A stretch of DNA of 64,000 nucleotides from Nitrospirota bacterium (lineage in GTDB: Bacteria; Nitrospirota; UBA9217). The notes below the pieces were generated by a model, which saw only the letters and a program-made list of their open reading frames with translations, had not been told where the DNA came from and did no database searches. The position numbers were made by a program, and so were the translations under genes. The stretch is from positions 1,659,172-1,723,171 of the forward strand of contig CAVVUN010000015.1 in assembly GCA_963751455.1 (NCBI GenBank), in the 5' to 3' direction. Below, piece after piece: positions 60,288 to 64,000 of the stretch; the stretch's first letter is position 1; every line of letters starts with the position of its first letter.

Positions 60288-60848
60288 ATGGTTACGTACG
60301 ACCTTTATAAACTATTAAAAGAAGAACTCGGGAACGGGTCTCATGATCTCGTGACCCGGCCGTCGGGACAGTCTATCCGGGAGCGGATCGAGCGGGACAT
60401 TGAGAAAGAACCTGACGGAACGGTCGTGGCACTCGATTTTTCCAAAATCGGGGTGATCGATTACTCGTGCGCGGACGAGATCATCGCGAAGCTGGTATCG
60501 CGGCTGCTTTCAGGCGAGTATGGGGACAAATATCTTGTTCTTACGGGTCTCAACGAGAACCAGAAAGAAAATATCGAGGTGGCGCTCGAGCGAAAGGACC
60601 TGGCTGTCACTGCCGGGATGCGGGACGGCCGGAGAACAGTGCTCGGCATTCTGAACAATTATCTCAAAGACACGCTCGAGTTCATCATGAAGAATAAAAA
60701 AGTGACGTCAAAAGATCTCGCGGACGCGAGGAAGCTTGAAGCGAATACGAGCGGCACGCGACTTTTGAACCTCTCTAAAAAGAGACTGGTCAAGAGGCTG
60801 GAAGAGACCACGAACGACGGAAAATTGTGGGTTTATCAAGCATTGTGA
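60288..60848 (+). CDS. STAS-like plus winged-helix-like protein
   Basis: VALDFSKIGVIDYSCADE; C-terminal TSKDLA...NTSGTRLLNLSKKRLV. Confidence 0.65.
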   Translation: MVTYDLYKLLKEELGNGSHDLVTRPSGQSIRERIERDIEKEPDGTVVALDFSKIGVIDYSCADEIIAKLVSRLLSGEYGDKYLVLTGLNENQKENIEVALERKDLAVTAGMRDGRRTVLGILNNYLKDTLEFIMKNKKVTSKDLADARKLEANTSGTRLLNLSKKRLVKRLEETTNDGKLWVYQAL

Positions 60849-60980
60849 GACCGTGAAACATGAATCGTGAAAAGTAAAAAGGTAAAAAGTGAGACGCTTT
60901 ATTCTCACGTTTCACTGATCTTGGCTTTTCCATTGACTGGAAATGCGACAGAGTGCTAGAATGTAAAACCTTTTGCTTAC

Positions 60981-61454
60981 ATGAAGATAGGACCAATTAA
61001 AAAGGCAGTTGTTCTATTCATCGCTGAAGGCGCATATGCGGGAAAGTCTCCGTTTGCACCGGGTACGGCCGGCACTGTGGTCGGAGTGCTGCTTTACCTG
61101 TTGCTGAAAAGCCTGTCTCCGGCCTGGTATATTATCGTATGCGTTCTCGTGACCGGCATCGCCATATGGGCAGCGGGTCAGGCGGAAAAGCTGCTCGGCA
61201 AGACCGACGCTTCTCCAATTGTCATCGACGAGATTGCGGGATATCTTATTTCAATGGCCCTGTTGCCTTCCCGTTGGGGATTTATAATTGCGGCGTTCTT
61301 TTTGTTTCGGGTGTTTGATGTAATCAAGCCGTGGCCGCTCAATCGTTTGCAGGACCTGCACGGGGGCACTGGAGTAGTTCTTGACGATGTGGGAGCGGGA
61401 GTGTATACGAATCTGGTGCTTCAGATTAGTTTGTTCTTTTCCGGAAGAGTATAA
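60981..61454 (+). CDS. pgpA: Phosphatidylglycerophosphatase A
   Basis: APGTAGT, IVIDEIAG, FRVFDVIKPWP and GVVLDD. Confidence 0.95.
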   Translation: MKIGPIKKAVVLFIAEGAYAGKSPFAPGTAGTVVGVLLYLLLKSLSPAWYIIVCVLVTGIAIWAAGQAEKLLGKTDASPIVIDEIAGYLISMALLPSRWGFIIAAFFLFRVFDVIKPWPLNRLQDLHGGTGVVLDDVGAGVYTNLVLQISLFFSGRV

Positions 61455-61457
61455 ACG

Positions 61458-61569
61458 ATTTCGGAATGTGGAGTGCGGATTTCGGAACAACAATAAATGG
61501 AGATCCACGGCGTATGATAAACATGACAATGCTTTTTATTCCGCATTCCGCATTCTGCATTCCGCAATG
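61458..61569. repeat. Gene-less inverted ATTGCGG-type heptamer arms
   Basis: ATTTCGG AATGTGG AGTGCGG ATTTCGG facing TTCCGCA TTCCGCA TTCTGCA TTCCGCA. Confidence 0.8.
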
Positions 61570-61577
61570 GGTCAATT

Positions 61578-62813
61578 ATGCGTGCTGAAATCATAACAAC
61601 CGGGACCGAGCTTCTGTCGGGCGGCGTACTGGACACCAATTCCGTGTTCCTCTCCGAGGAGCTTATGTCGCTCGGCATCGAAACCGCGTTCAAGACCGCG
61701 GTCGGTGACAGCGAGAAGGACCTGGAAGAATCCTTCCGGAGGGCCATGGACCGGACCGAGGTCGTCATCATTACCGGCGGGATCGGGCCGACCGAGGATG
61801 ACATCACGCGCAAGGTGATTGCGAAGCTCGTGAAGAAGCGCCTCGTTTTGAACGAAGACGGGCTCAAAGCGATCCAGGCAAAGCTCGCGGGCAGGGGAAA
61901 AGAGGTGGTGACCGCGAACGACCGGCAGGCGCTGATACCGGGCGGCGCGCGACTGCTCCTGAACCCCGTGGGCATCGCTCCGGGGTTTTTCTTCGATGAG
62001 GGCAATACGTTCATAGCGGTCCTTCCCGGCGTTCCGCGGGAAATGCGGGCAATGTTCACGGAAAAGCTGAAGCCCGTTCTTCAAGAGCGCTTCAGTGGAA
62101 GGCGTTTCATCAAACGTGTGGTGCTCCATACCTGCGGTGTTTCCGAATCAGCAGTGAATCAATCCATTCAGGACACCATGAAGCGCAAGCAACCCGATGT
62201 AGGCCTTACGGCCAGGGAAACAGGGGTCGATATCAGAATCGTGGCCCATGGCGCTACCCTGGAACAAGCCCGGTCCCTGGTTGACAGGACGGAAGCGATT
62301 GTTCGTGAAAAACTGGGCGATGCGGTGTACGGCGTTGACGGTCAGGCCATGGAGGAAGTGGTCGGCGCTCTCCTCAAGCAGCGCAGACTGAGACTTGCGG
62401 TCGCTGAATCGTGCACCGGCGGCCTGGTCGGCGCCAGGATCACGAATATCCCGGGAAGCTCGGAATACTTCGAGCGAGCGGTCGTGACGTACAGTAATGC
62501 CGCGAAAATCGAAATGCTCGGTGTGCCGGCCGAATTGATCGCGCGCCACGGGGCCGTGAGCAGCGAAGTGGCTGCAGCCATGGCACAGGGCATCAGACAG
62601 GCCGCGAAAACCGACCTGGCTGTGTCAGTCACCGGCATCGCCGGACCGGACGGCGGCAGTGAGAAAAAACCCGTAGGTTTGGTGTTTACTGCGCTTGCAA
62701 GCAACCAAGGTGTAAAGATCCAGGAGCACCGGTTCCTGGGGGACCGTGAGCAGATCCGCATCAAGGCCTCTCAGATGGCGCTGGATATGGTGCGTAGATA
62801 TCTGATTGGATAG
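61578..62813 (+). CDS. cinA: Competence/damage-inducible protein CinA
   Basis: GTELLSG..DTN, GGIGPTEDDIT, PGVPREM, AESCTGG and TGIAGP. Confidence 0.95.
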   Translation: MRAEIITTGTELLSGGVLDTNSVFLSEELMSLGIETAFKTAVGDSEKDLEESFRRAMDRTEVVIITGGIGPTEDDITRKVIAKLVKKRLVLNEDGLKAIQAKLAGRGKEVVTANDRQALIPGGARLLLNPVGIAPGFFFDEGNTFIAVLPGVPREMRAMFTEKLKPVLQERFSGRRFIKRVVLHTCGVSESAVNQSIQDTMKRKQPDVGLTARETGVDIRIVAHGATLEQARSLVDRTEAIVREKLGDAVYGVDGQAMEEVVGALLKQRRLRLAVAESCTGGLVGARITNIPGSSEYFERAVVTYSNAAKIEMLGVPAELIARHGAVSSEVAAAMAQGIRQAAKTDLAVSVTGIAGPDGGSEKKPVGLVFTALASNQGVKIQEHRFLGDREQIRIKASQMALDMVRRYLIG

Positions 62814-62815
62814 TT

Positions 62816-63458
62816 TGGAGCGAGCCGACCGTGTCGGCGTTAAGAGTTAAGAATGGAAGAGTATAAAATTTATACTCATACGCCGCCTCATTTGTATCGT
62901 CCCGGCGCAAAATATTTTATTACAGCTTCAATATATGGTCATAAGAAATTGCTGGACAAACAAGCAAAAGAAAAATTATTTTCATCGCTGCAGCAATCTT
63001 GTCAAAATCATGGCTGTACGCTTGATGACTGGGTTTTTTTAGACGACCACTATCATATCATGGCGGCTGCGCCTGAACACAAGACGAATCTGTCCGCGTT
63101 TGTTGGGGAATATCATCGTTTTACGGCTATGTTCATCAAAAAGATCAATCAGGGGATTGTATTATCTAAAATTTTTCAGAATTACTGGGATAGTTGTATT
63201 ACGTATGAAAACTCTTACTATGCGAGATTAAATTACATTTACTACAACCCTGTGAAGCACGGTTATGTCTCTGTTCCGGAAGAGTATCCTTGGGGAAGTT
63301 ATCATTTTCGCATTCGTAAAGAACGAGACTATCTGGACAGGCTATTGAAGAAATACCCTTTTGACTCTATAAGCGTTCAGGAGCCTTATTGAAAGGGGAA
63401 TACGGCAACACGGTTGCCTTGATCCACATGAAGACGGCAACACGGTTGCCTTGATCCA
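62816..63458 (+). mobile_element. Full-length RAYT-type element with left end and tandemly duplicated right end
   Basis: Left end 62816-62840; right ends 63402-63426 and 63434-63458; lies between cinA and thpR. Confidence 0.9.
62853..63392 (+). CDS. REP-associated tyrosine (HUH/Y1) transposase
   Basis: YFITA, DHYH (HUH), YWD, YIYYNPVKHG and YPWGS. Confidence 0.9.
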   Translation: MEEYKIYTHTPPHLYRPGAKYFITASIYGHKKLLDKQAKEKLFSSLQQSCQNHGCTLDDWVFLDDHYHIMAAAPEHKTNLSAFVGEYHRFTAMFIKKINQGIVLSKIFQNYWDSCITYENSYYARLNYIYYNPVKHGYVSVPEEYPWGSYHFRIRKERDYLDRLLKKYPFDSISVQEPY

Positions 63459-63462
63459 AAAT

Positions 63463-64000
63463 ATGCGTACCTTTATTGCCATAGAGATACCTGAAAACAT
63501 CAAACAGCAGATGTCGGAAATTCAGGGCCGGTTGAAAGATACAGGGATTGATGCGAGTTGGCCGAGACCCGAGGGCATTCATCTGACTCTGAAGTTTTTG
63601 GGAGAAATTCCGGAATCGCAGGCGCCTGATATCAAGAACGGTCTTGTTTCTGCGGTCAAAGGAACGGGTGAATTCCGGATCGAGATCGCGGGCGCGGGAG
63701 CATTTCCGAATCCCCGGAATGCCCGTGTGGTATGGCTTGGACTGTCGGGCGAAGTTGAAAAGCTGAACCGTCTGCAGGCTGCAGTAGAGGATGCCATGGT
63801 TCGCATCGGATTCGAGCGGGAAGACAGACCTTTTAAGCCGCACCTTACGCTCGCACGGATCAAATATATCCGGTCAAAAGAGCGTTGGCTCACCGCTCTC
63901 GAACAGGTCAAAGATATCAAGCTGACCGGATTCGACGCAACCGCCGTGAGCGTGATGAAAAGCGAGCTCAAGCCCACGGGCGCGGTGTATATGGAACTGG
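63463..64000 (+). CDS. thpR: RNA 2',3'-cyclic phosphodiesterase (runs off window)
   Basis: MRTFIAIEIP, HLTLKFLG and FKPHLTLAR read manually from ATG 63463. Confidence 0.92.
   Translation, partial: MRTFIAIEIPENIKQQMSEIQGRLKDTGIDASWPRPEGIHLTLKFLGEIPESQAPDIKNGLVSAVKGTGEFRIEIAGAGAFPNPRNARVVWLGLSGEVEKLNRLQAAVEDAMVRIGFEREDRPFKPHLTLARIKYIRSKERWLTALEQVKDIKLTGFDATAVSVMKSELKPTGAVYMEL

Overview
Bacterial chromosomal window. Gene content and style suggest an anaerobic Nitrospirota/deltaproteobacteria-like genome, which is an inference. It has four parts: (1) 1-18 kb housekeeping genes (cobS-cobC, a TPP-riboswitch thiSGEC/thiD cluster, rph, larE, purD, purE, tsaC-like, phoH-like); (2) an ~30 kb signal-transduction block at 18-48 kb (MASE3/PAS kinases, a CheB-CheR fusion, an 11-PAS kinase, a Ser/Thr kinase-ATPase-GAF gene, response regulators, an RpoS-like sigma factor); (3) cytochrome c biogenesis genes and an accessory patch at 53-60 kb with a MazF-type TA pair and an integron remnant; (4) pgpA-cinA-thpR. 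The most striking layer is non-coding: many gene junctions hold small palindromic elements, often nested inside each other. These include an intact HUH (RAYT-type) transposase with hairpin ends, one deleted copy and five miniature copies that show compensatory base changes. GxxExxY and four-helix-bundle genes are bracketed by inverted arms of 7-9-mer tandem repeats, and gene-less versions of those arms recur through the window. There are also MITEs with clear target-site duplications. Other highlights are a probable selenocysteine rhodanese with a SECIS-like hairpin, and an attC-bounded cassette carrying ~400 nt of highly structured non-coding sequence plus a 29-aa hydrophobic peptide. All calls come from reading the sequence; no searches were run.
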